A stretch of DNA of 40,416 nt from a virus (IMGVR_UViG_3300032335_000151:1-40416), one strand, 5' to 3'. Numbered from the stretch's first letter, positions 24,301-33,634 are shown. Numbers and translations are program-made. Notes: generated from the letters alone by a model not told the origin.

Positions 24301-26057
24301 TTGCCATTCAAAATGGTATGCACCCAGTGTCTAAACTATATCATGGACTTCTTGAGAAGTTCTATGAAAAAGCAGGACAGGTTCCAGAAAATACATTTAC
24401 CAAGTCACCATTATATGTGGAATTATACCGACGACGCTTGGCTGCTTTGGTTGATAGAGCAATTCAAACAACTAAAGGCGACACCTTATCTCCAGAATAC
24501 ATGAAGAGCATGGAGTGGAAAGCACGTCAGTTTGCACGTTCTGAGATGAAACGCACACTTTATGATATCAGTGAGCGCACAGATGCAGCATTCTCATTAA
24601 AGTATTTCTTCCCATTCTTTGGAGCATTCTCCGATGTTATGGAAAAGTGGGGAAGAATGGTTATTGATGACCCTTCTGTTCTTGCTAAGTTATCAACCGT
24701 CTATAACTCACCTGACCGTGTAGGTTTAACTGAGGAACGAGATGGTAAGACATATATTAATGTGCCATCAAACTGGTCCAAGGCTATGGGTATTGACCGT
24801 AAACTGTCAATTCCTAAAGCAAGTCTTAACCTAATCTTCCAAGGTGGAGCGTGGTGGAACCCAGGTTCTGGCTGGTTCATGCAAGCAGCAGCATCTGAGT
24901 TAGTAACTAAGTATTCAACACTTGAGTCAAATAGATTAATCCAAGAGATTCTTCCTTATGGCCCAACAGTACAAGGTGCAAACATAGTTGACAAGGGCAG
25001 AGATGTTCTTATCCAGTCAGGTGGTCTACGCAAGGTTCTTGCTGGATTTGACCAGAATGACCCACAACGTGCTAACCTTACAGCATTGATTCTTGCTGAA
25101 GAGATGACTAATTACGAACAAGGACGTCGTGATACAGTCCCTACAAAGCAGGAAATTAATGACCGCGCAATTAGAACTATTGCACTTGAAGCAGCGGCAC
25201 GTTTAGTTCTTCCATTTGCATTAAATACAAAGTCACCTTACCAGTTCTATATTGATGAGTTCCATCGCATGCGCTCAGCAGACCCTGAGAATGCAAAGAT
25301 GAACTTCTATAATGCATACGGTGAGCAATACTATAACTTTACTATAAGCCTATCTAAGAACAATACAGGCATATCTGCTACAACAGATGCGTTTGAACGT
25401 TCAAAGAAACTATCTGACCTTGTTGCTAAGAATCCAGAATACGGTTGGTTTGTCGTTGGAGATGCCAATGCTGGAGCATTCTCTCCTACTGCATATGGAG
25501 CACAGTTCTCTCAACCTGTCGCACCTGGTTCTACTGTCAAGTATCGTTCTAAGCAAGACCCATATGAGGCATTTGCTAAGACTCAGGCTGACAAAGGATG
25601 GTTACTTTACAAGCAAGGTATGGCATGGCTAGAGTCACGTCGTATTTCTAATGGATTTACAAGTCTTAATTCTAAAGGCGCAGAGTATCTTGCTGCTAAG
25701 AAGCGTGAGTTTATTAATAACTTAACAAAAGAAAATCCAGACTGGGGCGCAGCATATACCCAGATTGACACTGGAAAGGTAGTTAGTTTCCTACGCTACG
25801 CTACAGAGATATCGGCTGACAAGCGCTTGGCTGGTCGTCAAGACATAACAACACTTGCTGAGTATGTTGCTGGTCGTGAATTCATTATCAATCAACTTCA
25901 GTATCGCCCAACAAAGAACCTTGATGCTGATTCCAACATTGACCTACGAGAAAAATGGGACACATTCGTAGGCCAACTATTAAATAAAGATGTTACTTTT
26001 GGTGATATCTACTCACGCATCTTGGATAAAGATGACCTATCAAGGAGTATCGGCTAA
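21303..26057 (+). CDS. 1584-aa putative internal virion/ejection protein
   Basis: Size and helical composition in a podovirus-like late operon; no catalytic motif recognised. Confidence 0.6.
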   Translation: MTTDRELATTLGAEKQKNSAFDAMGEFNRYYNKAGNASLVLPLDFGKAVPVEARGQMIGAFSPRGRTYVSPLYYSPVTNQEQPVDPNKPGFWQSVGSALEKSYNFASQAVSFGLQANDKNSPLWSSGIFNPTKLRDTWDAARNISPGQAGFTELAQGAGQLLQPVDMINSLAKKVTGQEETAVDRLATSNFLAATTDFNIYDQAQRQKAFSEQNFGKIGSWMGDVVARFYIDPTIIGGKAIKVYKAGAFTLKAGDDLTKILRKQDAAIAFGEDVGTTLTRREQRIANTFNDFITATDDMTEAQLFRIKSIRESAAPGALSSLIADANKIEDVATRHAAKIDLIHMAMGDADAYARLAQSNRLLAAKVGALNMEVDGAKYLGSGVDDMGQPVFDYLNKGPVLEKAEELIVEYQSKMDEIYRKMSAEGTLNPTLVPRIDGLSNMRNYMANSQNFIDMRTGLPGAVVRFHTGFFYKRPKTWIDFGDNQSIQTVDNLLNRVVGVSERRAAVFAERIDEVTAKIKSGLLNKEDLKVAKNELKKVQADFDKAHFTVARKNELFSKYAQALGPDERSLVYQQIERELFDTIALQFGYSKEQIATAYNVFASGRTRTINLIKERSYTGAKDPVTGKKLGAKLVAIPDSEGLTHVLPLPLNESQLMREMATLDIDTMYKVLGRYNRAESLDKLGAVQNIYKGAIRGKNAIGDVVDGIDQMLKFQVLARLGYPVRNITEGSMRIMTAVGPLALAHAATAGTKNIIFNGLAKFGMRDVFNFAERHDLETQRVILEAIKDTSDNPMDIQSQIDEITELLTTGKGDKQKYGVGTINILGHTFEDAKGMTPEQVRFIEDKFVNNASKIFEDIISKSKVKMDNAMQNTGDFVDIAGNDPQWAEAYLRVVNRQMRNPNSLTGRIMRGQSFDDVVTWLKTDAQGQRTMRVIGAARGGESAEEIARINFENVRHMFPDWVSPELVQTAAKRNLTADDITKFFGTTNTAEFPVVNGAQIAIQNGMHPVSKLYHGLLEKFYEKAGQVPENTFTKSPLYVELYRRRLAALVDRAIQTTKGDTLSPEYMKSMEWKARQFARSEMKRTLYDISERTDAAFSLKYFFPFFGAFSDVMEKWGRMVIDDPSVLAKLSTVYNSPDRVGLTEERDGKTYINVPSNWSKAMGIDRKLSIPKASLNLIFQGGAWWNPGSGWFMQAAASELVTKYSTLESNRLIQEILPYGPTVQGANIVDKGRDVLIQSGGLRKVLAGFDQNDPQRANLTALILAEEMTNYEQGRRDTVPTKQEINDRAIRTIALEAAARLVLPFALNTKSPYQFYIDEFHRMRSADPENAKMNFYNAYGEQYYNFTISLSKNNTGISATTDAFERSKKLSDLVAKNPEYGWFVVGDANAGAFSPTAYGAQFSQPVAPGSTVKYRSKQDPYEAFAKTQADKGWLLYKQGMAWLESRRISNGFTSLNSKGAEYLAAKKREFINNLTKENPDWGAAYTQIDTGKVVSFLRYATEISADKRLAGRQDITTLAEYVAGREFIINQLQYRPTKNLDADSNIDLREKWDTFVGQLLNKDVTFGDIYSRILDKDDLSRSIG

Positions 26058-26917
26058 TGGCTAAAACACTTAATGAGTGGAAACTATACTATAACCAGAC
26101 TTATGGTATTACCGATGTAACAGAGTTGAACAACCTTGCTAGAGAATCAGTTGCTCAAGATAAAGATGTTAGATTAACTGGTCCAGGATTGCCAGGAACT
26201 ACTACTACTGGTTCGTCAGCATATTCAACATTAACAGGTAGCACAACCGTTGTTGGTCCTGGCGGCATTTCGACTGGTAAAGTATACCTAGGTCCTGGCA
26301 ATACTACTTCAGCAAAGAACAGACCTTTTGATGTTACATCAGATAAGACTGATACAGTAGATAATCAAATTGCTGCGTACTATAAATGGGATACAAAGCA
26401 ACGTGATGCTTTCCAAAAGAAACTTAACGGTCTAGGATACGATGCAACTTTTGAAAAGTTGCCAACTATCTGGGCAATGGCTGTAAACGATTCATCTCGT
26501 TACTATACAGCATCCAACGGTAAGTCAAAGTTAACACCTGACGATATCCTTAAAATGTATGCACCATCAAAGAACACTGCTCCAAGTGTAAGCATAAGCG
26601 TTCAGAATGTGGACCCAGCAACTCTTGATAAGCGCATTAATTCAAGCCTTCAAGACTTGCTAGGCAGAAATGCAAGTGATGAAGAGAAGGCTAAGATTCG
26701 TCCAGTTATTCTATCAATGCTGCAAAAGGGAACCAAGACAGTAACGACTCGTTCTGGAAATGTAAGTAAATCAGTTACAACTCCTGCAGTCAGTGATGCT
26801 ATGGTAGAACAAAAGATTACAGAGTTTGCAAAAGAAACAAGTCCTGAGGACTACCAGCGTCAAAAGGCGTTTGGCTTTAACAGCGAGATGAAGAAGATAC
26901 TTTCGGGTGGTATGTAA
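26057..26917 (+). CDS. Putative virion protein
   Basis: AAGGAG RBS; coupled in late operon. Confidence 0.65.
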   Translation: MAKTLNEWKLYYNQTYGITDVTELNNLARESVAQDKDVRLTGPGLPGTTTTGSSAYSTLTGSTTVVGPGGISTGKVYLGPGNTTSAKNRPFDVTSDKTDTVDNQIAAYYKWDTKQRDAFQKKLNGLGYDATFEKLPTIWAMAVNDSSRYYTASNGKSKLTPDDILKMYAPSKNTAPSVSISVQNVDPATLDKRINSSLQDLLGRNASDEEKAKIRPVILSMLQKGTKTVTTRSGNVSKSVTTPAVSDAMVEQKITEFAKETSPEDYQRQKAFGFNSEMKKILSGGM

Positions 26918-27783
26918 TGGCTGACAAAGATACAAATGCTTTAGCAAAACAGCAGGCTGATGCTTATGGTGTTACCCTTGCTCTTGTCAACATGTTCCCT
27001 GAACTTAATAAGGCTTGGGACTATTATTTAAAAGAAGACTATGGCAAGTTTAAACAAGAAGTTCTTAACAGTTCATTCTATAAGAATAACAATGCTACAG
27101 CACGTGACCGTCTAACAGCCAAGGCTGAACAACCAGGTGTATACGAGCAGTCATATCAGAATTATTTTGAATCAACTAAAGATAGACTCATCAAAAATGG
27201 TGTTAAACTTGATGACATAACACTTGCCCAAATTGCTCGTACAGCATACGACACTGGTATGAGCGAGAATCAAGTAGACATGCTTGCACTCAAGCACAAT
27301 ACTGGCCCACTTGGCGGCAATACTTTAGGTACTATCTCTGAACTTAAAAATTATGCTGAAGCATTTGGCGTAGACTACAATAAGGCTTTCTGGGATGAAA
27401 CATCTACTAGCCTGTTTGCTGGAGATACAACAGCAGAAGACATTAAAGGCAAGATTCGTGAACTATCAGCAAGCGCTTTCCCAGCATACGCTGATGGGAT
27501 TATGGCTGGCAAGAGTATCTACAATCAAGCATCTTCTAAAATTAACTCAATGGCACGACTTCATGAGATTGACCCTAATTCAATTTCACCAACAAAAACA
27601 GCAGCACTACGCAAGGCGCTTCAATACGTTGACCCAACTACAGGCAAGTCAGCACAGATGCCTGACTGGATGTGGGAAGAGCAACTTCGCAAGATGGATG
27701 CGTGGAACTACACAAACAATGGTAGGGATACCGTTGACGGATTGGCAACAACTGTCATAAGAGACTTTATTGGAGGCGTGTAA
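26917..27783 (+). CDS. Putative virion protein
   Basis: TAATG coupling. Confidence 0.65.
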   Translation: MADKDTNALAKQQADAYGVTLALVNMFPELNKAWDYYLKEDYGKFKQEVLNSSFYKNNNATARDRLTAKAEQPGVYEQSYQNYFESTKDRLIKNGVKLDDITLAQIARTAYDTGMSENQVDMLALKHNTGPLGGNTLGTISELKNYAEAFGVDYNKAFWDETSTSLFAGDTTAEDIKGKIRELSASAFPAYADGIMAGKSIYNQASSKINSMARLHEIDPNSISPTKTAALRKALQYVDPTTGKSAQMPDWMWEEQLRKMDAWNYTNNGRDTVDGLATTVIRDFIGGV

Positions 27784-29129
27784 TGGCTGATGAATTCGTA
27801 CGCGATTTAAAGAAAGAAAAAGAATTAGTTGCATCTGGCACATTTACACAGGAGTATCTTGATTCACGTGGTGGTGTAAATTCAGAGTACTACTATGGCG
27901 ATGTTCCTTCATATGCTCGTCTAAGTTCCACTGAATATAAAACAGTTACCAATAAAGATGGAACAATTAATACTGCAGCACAGGCTGCCTTGTATCAAAA
28001 GAAGGCTTATGATTATTTTATAAGTCAAGGAGCGGACCCATCTTCTGCTGCTAAGAAGGCATCTGGCGGGTATGGCAAGTATGCAATTTCTTTTAAGGAC
28101 CCAATAACTGGCAAAGACGTTACAATAGAATCAGATGATAGAGGTTCTGTTAGAGGCACTGGTGCTACCAATGAAGAAATTTATTCAACAACAGGCGGAT
28201 ATGATTCTAATGGAAACAAAGTAGAAGGCGGAGTATATAACTCGGCTGGAGTATTCGTAGGTAATGACGCAATGACATCTACTCAATACTCAGATAGAAA
28301 AAATATCATGGATGTCCTGACAATGCGATTCAAAGAATACAATCTTGAAGCATTGGTCCCAACTATCCAGAAACTTGCAGCCGAAGGCGCAAGCGATGCA
28401 ACTATTACACTTGCCCTCACTGAAAGTGAAGCCTACAAACAAAGATTTTCCGCTAATCAAGACCGCATCAAGGCTGGATTAACGGCCCTAAGACCTGCAG
28501 AATATCTATCTCTTGAAGATACATATCGCCAAGTATTGCGTTCATACGGACTTACACAGTTTAGCAATGACGCATATGTAAAGCAATTTATCGCACAGGA
28601 TGTATCACCAACCGAACTTAATAACCGTGTGGTTACAGCAGTTCAGCGCGTACAGAATGCTAGCCCTGAGACAACACAGATGCTACAGCAATACTATGGC
28701 TTAAACCCATCAGACATTGTTGGATATGTACTTGACCCTAATTCGCAGTTGCCTAAAATTCAACAGCAAATTACTGCTGCTGAAATTGGCAGTGCTGCAG
28801 CGCGTCAAGGACTTTCTTCTGGCAAGGGTGTTGCTGAAGCACTTGCTGCTCAAGGAATCACTGGCGCTAAAGCACAAGAAGGCTATGCTACTATTGCTGA
28901 GTTGCTTCCAACGGCTGAAAAACTTAGCGCTATCTACGGCAGTACTGTTGGTCCTTACGGACAGACAGAAGCCGAGCAAGAAGTATTTAATAGCCTAGCG
29001 TCTGCACAGCGTGCTCGACGTAAACTATCTGCTACAGAAACTGCAACATTCTCTGGCCAGTCAGGTGCATCTAAGGGTGCATTCTCAACTGGCTACTTGA
29101 ATAGACAATCCCCAGCAGGTCAGTTCTAA
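27783..29129 (+). CDS. Putative virion protein
   Basis: GGAGG RBS; TAATG coupling. Confidence 0.65.
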   Translation: MADEFVRDLKKEKELVASGTFTQEYLDSRGGVNSEYYYGDVPSYARLSSTEYKTVTNKDGTINTAAQAALYQKKAYDYFISQGADPSSAAKKASGGYGKYAISFKDPITGKDVTIESDDRGSVRGTGATNEEIYSTTGGYDSNGNKVEGGVYNSAGVFVGNDAMTSTQYSDRKNIMDVLTMRFKEYNLEALVPTIQKLAAEGASDATITLALTESEAYKQRFSANQDRIKAGLTALRPAEYLSLEDTYRQVLRSYGLTQFSNDAYVKQFIAQDVSPTELNNRVVTAVQRVQNASPETTQMLQQYYGLNPSDIVGYVLDPNSQLPKIQQQITAAEIGSAAARQGLSSGKGVAEALAAQGITGAKAQEGYATIAELLPTAEKLSAIYGSTVGPYGQTEAEQEVFNSLASAQRARRKLSATETATFSGQSGASKGAFSTGYLNRQSPAGQF

Positions 29130-29138
29130 TATAGAATC

Positions 29139-29221
29139 CTATGCGGACCTATCGGCCCCGTATGGTGTATAAGACCGATAGCAAGAGCCAGCCTATTTCC
29201 CCGAATAGAACTGTGGCTTGC
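29139..29221 (+). ncRNA. Structured leader of scaffold/capsid genes: pseudoknot plus hairpin
   Basis: S1 29139-46/29158-65; S2 CTATCGG 29149-55/CCGATAG 29175-81; then GCAAG..GCCA..CTATT/AATAG..TGGC..TTGC hairpin. Confidence 0.55.
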
Positions 29222-29250
29222 GACTACAACGAATAGAAGGGTGGGTTGCT

Positions 29251-29730
29251 ATGAGCAACAACTACTGGGACGAAGAAGACGATGACCTCGATACAAATGA
29301 GTATGCAGGCGACGGCAGTGACTTACTTAAAAAGTTACGCAAAGCCAAGCGTGCAGATGAAAAGCGTATTAAGGAACTCACTGAGCAACTTGAGAGTATC
29401 TCCAAGGTGCAGCGTGAGCGAACCGTCAAAGAAGTCTTGGAAAAGAAGGGCGTAAACGCTAAGGCAGCACGACTAGTCCTTAAAGACTTGGATGATGTTA
29501 ACGAAGAATCAGTATCTAACTGGCTCGATGATAACGCAGACTTGTTTGGATTAACAGTTGCTTCTGAAGAAGTTTCGACAGAGACACAGATTGACCGCGC
29601 AGCATTGCGCCAACAAGATGCTGTCACATCGAACGCGCTTACCCCAGACCGAGCAGAAGACATTGGTCTTCGAATTGATAACGCCGAATCTATGGATGAC
29701 GTGCTATCAATCCTGCGCTCACAGGGATAA
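29251..29730 (+). CDS. Capsid scaffolding protein
   Basis: Acidic N-terminus and coiled coil, directly upstream of the capsid gene; ATG 29251. Confidence 0.75.
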   Translation: MSNNYWDEEDDDLDTNEYAGDGSDLLKKLRKAKRADEKRIKELTEQLESISKVQRERTVKEVLEKKGVNAKAARLVLKDLDDVNEESVSNWLDDNADLFGLTVASEEVSTETQIDRAALRQQDAVTSNALTPDRAEDIGLRIDNAESMDDVLSILRSQG

Positions 29731-29762
29731 TATCCGTTCATAGTCACATCGAAAGGTGACAA

Positions 29763-30716
29763 ATGCCAAATTCATACGTATCCACAGGTTCTTCCTCACT
29801 CGGAGGTACCGCTGGTGGTGCTGGTCTAGTCCAAAAGGCTTATGACCGCTTATTGGAATTTGCTCTCCGTTCTGAACCACTAATTCGTTCAGTCGCAGAC
29901 AAGCGTCCAACAAACCAGACAAACCCAGGTTCAACAGTTGTTCTACAACGTTACGTTGACCTTTCAGCAGCAACAACTGCACTCACAGAAGACACTGACC
30001 CAGATGCAGTAGCAATGTCTACACCAACATCTGTAACTATTACTCTTAACGAGTATGGTAACTCAGTGTTGGTGACACGTGCGTTGGAACTCTTCAGCCT
30101 CGCTGATGTAGACCCAGCAATCGCTAACATCATTGCATTCAACCTTGCAGATTCTATTGATTCAGTCGCGATGACAACTCTTCGCGGTGGAACAAACGTA
30201 ATCTACTCAGGTTCAACTGCAACATCAACAGCAACAGTTACTGCTGCTGCAACACTCTCTTCTGCAAACATCCGCAAGGCTGTTGCAAAGTTGCGTGCTA
30301 ACAAGACAACTGCCCGCAAGGGTTCACTCTACTGGGCTGGTATCCACCCAGAAGTTTCACACGACCTTCGCGCCGAAACAGGCTCAGCAGGTTGGTTGCT
30401 TCCTAACCAATACGGTTCTGCACAAGACCGCATTTGGGCAGGAGAAATCGGAACATACGAAGGTGCTTACTTCGTAGAGTCTCCACGTCTTTACAATGCG
30501 ACAGACGGTGCATCATCTGCACGTGTTTATCGCACAATCTTGGCAGGACAGCAAGCGCTTGCAGAAGCAGTTGCTGAAGAGCCACACGTAGTCATCGGAC
30601 CAGTAGTTGACAAGTTGATGCGTCACCGCCCAATGGGTTGGTACGGCGTACTAGGCTTTGCACGCTACCGTGAAGAAGCACTATACCGAATCGAATCAGG
30701 TTCATCAATCGCTTAA
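29763..30716 (+). CDS. Major capsid protein (N4-gp56-like family)
   Basis: TITLNEYGN, ADSID, IHPEVSHDLR, GEIGTYEGAYFVES, MGWYG motifs. Confidence 0.9.
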   Translation: MPNSYVSTGSSSLGGTAGGAGLVQKAYDRLLEFALRSEPLIRSVADKRPTNQTNPGSTVVLQRYVDLSAATTALTEDTDPDAVAMSTPTSVTITLNEYGNSVLVTRALELFSLADVDPAIANIIAFNLADSIDSVAMTTLRGGTNVIYSGSTATSTATVTAAATLSSANIRKAVAKLRANKTTARKGSLYWAGIHPEVSHDLRAETGSAGWLLPNQYGSAQDRIWAGEIGTYEGAYFVESPRLYNATDGASSARVYRTILAGQQALAEAVAEEPHVVIGPVVDKLMRHRPMGWYGVLGFARYREEALYRIESGSSIA

Positions 30717-30728
30717 TTGATTGACGGG

Positions 30729-30752
30729 TAGGCAGGGGGCAACCCCTGCTTA
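30729..30752 (+). terminator. GC-rich hairpin after capsid gene (terminator/attenuator; weak U-tract)
   Basis: TAGGCAGGGG-GCAA-CCCCTGCTTA. Confidence 0.55.
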
Positions 30753-30776
30753 TCAGTAAGTTCATTAAGGAGAACA

Positions 30777-31046
30777 ATGGCAAACTGGACATTCCAAACA
30801 CCATACGTACTTGAGGGTCCATCTGGTGGACATCGCTTGTTTTACTTTGCCAAACAACGCAAAGGAATAACAATCCTTAAGTCTGGCAGTACATACTCAC
30901 AGGCAAGATATTTAATGGATTCAGAATTATCCACATACACAGCAGTATACCGTGGTGGATATAAGTACATTGTAGACGATACAGAAAAAGCAGCACTAAT
31001 TGCAGGGGGCGTCGGTGTCACAGCAGCAAACTTTACAGCAGTCTGA
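30777..31046 (+). CDS. Putative head-associated protein
   Basis: AAGGAG RBS; follows the capsid gene. Confidence 0.7.
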   Translation: MANWTFQTPYVLEGPSGGHRLFYFAKQRKGITILKSGSTYSQARYLMDSELSTYTAVYRGGYKYIVDDTEKAALIAGGVGVTAANFTAV

Positions 31047-31497
31047 TTGCGACCATATAAGTAAAGTTATTAGTTGGGACTATGTTCTAAAAGATGGACA
31101 AATGGACCAGTATGTATCTTTATATGGTTGCACATTATGCGATGCAACAAGCAAAGAAATTTGGCCAGGTTTTGGAGAAATGAAATCCAAGGCTAATGGC
31201 CATGAAATGGGAGACCCTTGGTGCGATTGTTTTGGTTGCAAAGCCAAGACACTTCAGTTAAATGCTGGAGATGCAACAAGAGATATACCTGACAAAAAAT
31301 GGACTTCCGAGTTGAAAGAATACAAGAAGGCTATAGGCGAAGGTATTCGTCCAGCAGGAACAACCTATGCTCATATCGAGCAAGCAAGAGCAGCATCAGA
31401 AACTTTAGGTACAGCCTATAACGCAGAGACTATGCCTAAAGCAAAGAACATAACCAAAAGAACTGCGGAAGTCATGAAAGAGATAGGACAAGTCTAA
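31000..31497 (+). CDS. Cys-motif hypothetical protein (start uncertain)
   Basis: CDH..YGCTLC and CDCFGCK motifs. Confidence 0.6.
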   Translation: MQGASVSQQQTLQQSDCDHISKVISWDYVLKDGQMDQYVSLYGCTLCDATSKEIWPGFGEMKSKANGHEMGDPWCDCFGCKAKTLQLNAGDATRDIPDKKWTSELKEYKKAIGEGIRPAGTTYAHIEQARAASETLGTAYNAETMPKAKNITKRTAEVMKEIGQV

Positions 31498-31634
31498 TGT
31501 CAGTTAAAGGCGAAAAGTACAAGTCAATGGCAGCAATGAAGAAGCATGAAAAAATGGAATCACCTGCTATGCGTAAAAAAGAATACGGCACAAAGAAGAA
31601 GGCTGTTGCAAAGAAGATGGGCAAGAAGAAGTAA
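31497..31634 (+). CDS. 45-aa Lys/Met-rich basic protein; not in ORF track
   Basis: MSVKGEKYKSMAAMKKHEK...KKMGKKK; TAATG coupling. Confidence 0.7.
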   Translation: MSVKGEKYKSMAAMKKHEKMESPAMRKKEYGTKKKAVAKKMGKKK

Positions 31635-31895
31635 ATGGCTGGCTATCTAGAGAACCTCATGAATGAGGCTAAAGATTATAAAAAGGCTAGAAACAAAACT
31701 TCTGAAAGTTCTTACAAAGGCAGCACCTATCCACCAAATGATATGGCTCAAGGTGGCAAAGGGCGCGAGTATTATAGAACACAGGCAAGTGCTGCTCGAG
31801 ATGTAGAAGATGCACAATTCGGTCAAATGATTGGCGCTCTTGTTCTAGGTCGTAGTTACGACAACAAGACTGGAAAGCAAGTAAAGAGAAAATGA
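31635..31895 (+). CDS. Hypothetical basic protein
   Basis: Abuts the upstream stop. Confidence 0.65.
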   Translation: MAGYLENLMNEAKDYKKARNKTSESSYKGSTYPPNDMAQGGKGREYYRTQASAARDVEDAQFGQMIGALVLGRSYDNKTGKQVKRK

Positions 31896-32047
31896 AAAAA
31901 GCAGCCAAACTAAAGAAGGTCGCTAAAGTCATGAAGGAGTTCAAAGGTGGAACTCTTCACTCTGGCAAAAAAGAACCTGTAGTCAAGTCGAAGAAGCAGG
32001 CAATCGCTATCGCTCTGAGCGAAGCAAAGATGGCTAAGAAGAAGTAA
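31892..32047 (+). CDS. 51-aa basic protein (DUF6496-like); not in ORF track
   Basis: KVMKEFKGGTLHSG...VKSKKQAIAIALSEA motif. Confidence 0.75.
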   Translation: MKKAAKLKKVAKVMKEFKGGTLHSGKKEPVVKSKKQAIAIALSEAKMAKKK

Positions 32048-32190
32048 TGTCCAGCGGGCAAGGCCATGTCAAGGTTAGGTTTAATAAGACCCAAATCAAA
32101 GATGGCAAGATTGTAATACTCCGCAAGGATGGCCGTATAAAGGCCTACAAGGACCCTAAGACGGGCGAAATCATAAAGGACAAGCAATGA
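32047..32190 (+). CDS. 47-aa basic protein; not in ORF track
   Basis: MSSGQGHVKVRFNKTQIKDGKIVILRKDGRIK...; coupled on both sides. Confidence 0.65.
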   Translation: MSSGQGHVKVRFNKTQIKDGKIVILRKDGRIKAYKDPKTGEIIKDKQ

Positions 32191-32444
32191 CAGACCCAAG
32201 ACTAAAACGAGCAGGCGTATCGGGTTTTAACAAACCCAAGCGTACACCTAACCATCCAACTAAGTCACACGTAGTTGTTGCTAAATCTGGAGAACAAGTC
32301 AAGACTATCCGTTTTGGACAGCAGGGCGTTCAGGGCTCACCTGATGGCTCAGCACGCAATAAAGCATTCAAGGCAAGGCATGCAAAGAACATTGCTAAAG
32401 GCAAAATGTCTGCAGCATACTGGGCGGATAAAGTTAAATGGTAA
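32187..32444 (+). CDS. Small basic viral protein
   Basis: KTIRFGQQG...FKARH...SAAYWADKVKW motif. Confidence 0.75.
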   Translation: MTDPRLKRAGVSGFNKPKRTPNHPTKSHVVVAKSGEQVKTIRFGQQGVQGSPDGSARNKAFKARHAKNIAKGKMSAAYWADKVKW

Positions 32445-32590
32445 AGAAAGCATTCTGGGATAAAAAGAATCCAAAGAAAAAATCAACTCCTTTAACTCCA
32501 GCACAAAAGGCAAAGGCTAAGGCTTCCGCCAAGAAGGCTGGAAGACCATATCCAAACTTAATAGACAACGCAGCAGCAAAGAAAAAATAA
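32438..32590 (+). CDS. 50-aa basic protein; not in ORF track
   Basis: LTPAQKAKAKASAKKAGRPYPNLIDN. Confidence 0.7.
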   Translation: MVKKAFWDKKNPKKKSTPLTPAQKAKAKASAKKAGRPYPNLIDNAAAKKK

Positions 32591-32596
32591 ACAAAG

Positions 32597-33355
32597 GTGG
32601 GGACAATGGAAAAAGATTCAATAGCAATGGCTTGGTGTGACAACGGAATGGTTGACGGCAAGTTCATGCAAGGCGTTACAGATGTACTACTCAAGTCTGG
32701 TGTTAAGTTTAGTACTTCACTCAGAAGTGGTGGCAATCAGATTGCTCGTCAGAGACAATCATTGTTTGACTATTGGGCAGATAAGACTAGTTACGAGTGG
32801 ATTCTATGGGTCGACTCCGATGTAGTAATTAGTCCAGCAACATTTAAACTACTGTGGGACAATAGAGATGCTGAGAAGCGTCCATTAGTAACAGGCGTAT
32901 ATTTTACAACAGATAACCCTGAAGAACCTCTAATGATTCCTATGCCTACAGTATTTAGTTTCACAAACAAAGGTGATGGAAGTTTTGGTTTATCCAGAGT
33001 TCATCCATTACCAAAGAACGAACTTATCAAAGTAGATGCAGCAGGATTTGGTTTCCTTCTTATGCATAGAAGCGTGATTGATAAAGTACGAACAGTGGCA
33101 CCAGAGGGACAGGTGTTCATGGAGATGGGCAGAGGAACAAAGTTTATTGGAGAAGACATCTTCTTCTTTGCACTATGTGACAAGGCCGAAGTTCCAATTC
33201 ACTGCCATACTGGAGCAACCGCACCGCATATGAAACGATTCTCATTCGACGAGCATTACTACAATGCTTTCTTTGGGCAAGCACCGCAAGAAGAGAAATC
33301 AAAACTGATTACTCCTAAAGATGCTAAAACCAAAAAGGGCTTAATCATACCATAA
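32597..33355 (+). CDS. GT-A fold (family 2-like) glycosyltransferase
   Basis: QIARQRQ, WVDSD (DxD), GFGFLLMHR, GEDIFF; likely start 32606. Confidence 0.85.
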   Translation: MGTMEKDSIAMAWCDNGMVDGKFMQGVTDVLLKSGVKFSTSLRSGGNQIARQRQSLFDYWADKTSYEWILWVDSDVVISPATFKLLWDNRDAEKRPLVTGVYFTTDNPEEPLMIPMPTVFSFTNKGDGSFGLSRVHPLPKNELIKVDAAGFGFLLMHRSVIDKVRTVAPEGQVFMEMGRGTKFIGEDIFFFALCDKAEVPIHCHTGATAPHMKRFSFDEHYYNAFFGQAPQEEKSKLITPKDAKTKKGLIIP

Positions 33356-33367
33356 GAAAGGCACATA

Positions 33368-33634
33368 ATGGCATTAGGAAAAGCAGGTAGTAGCCTGACT
33401 CAAGAACTTAATCGTCTTGCTGGCATTACCAATGTTGCTAATTACCTTGACGAACAAGGTGCAGCAAACGCATACGCTAGTACAACTGGACTCGCAACTG
33501 TAGGTGCTCTCAACATTAAAGCATCATCATCTCGCACAAGAGACAAGTTTAAAGATATTGACGGTATCTGCAATGAACTTGCTGGGACAACAGGATTAGC
33601 AGCACCTGCTGCATTACGGAGCATAAACGCATAA
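33368..33634 (+). CDS. Putative virion protein
   Basis: AAGG RBS; Ala/Gly-rich. Confidence 0.65.
   Translation: MALGKAGSSLTQELNRLAGITNVANYLDEQGAANAYASTTGLATVGALNIKASSSRTRDKFKDIDGICNELAGTTGLAAPAALRSINA

Noticed and set aside
21303-26057. Tape measure protein or virion RNA polymerase
   Set aside because: It lies upstream of the capsid gene without tail tube/chaperone context, and I could not recognise polymerase motifs; HHpred would be needed.
29127-29290. Stop-codon readthrough stimulated by the downstream pseudoknot
   Set aside because: Spacing is suggestive, but the readthrough frame is not the scaffold frame and gives no recognisable product.
30927-30935. DnaA box TTATCCACA
   Set aside because: Single copy inside a CDS with no AT-rich or promoter context.
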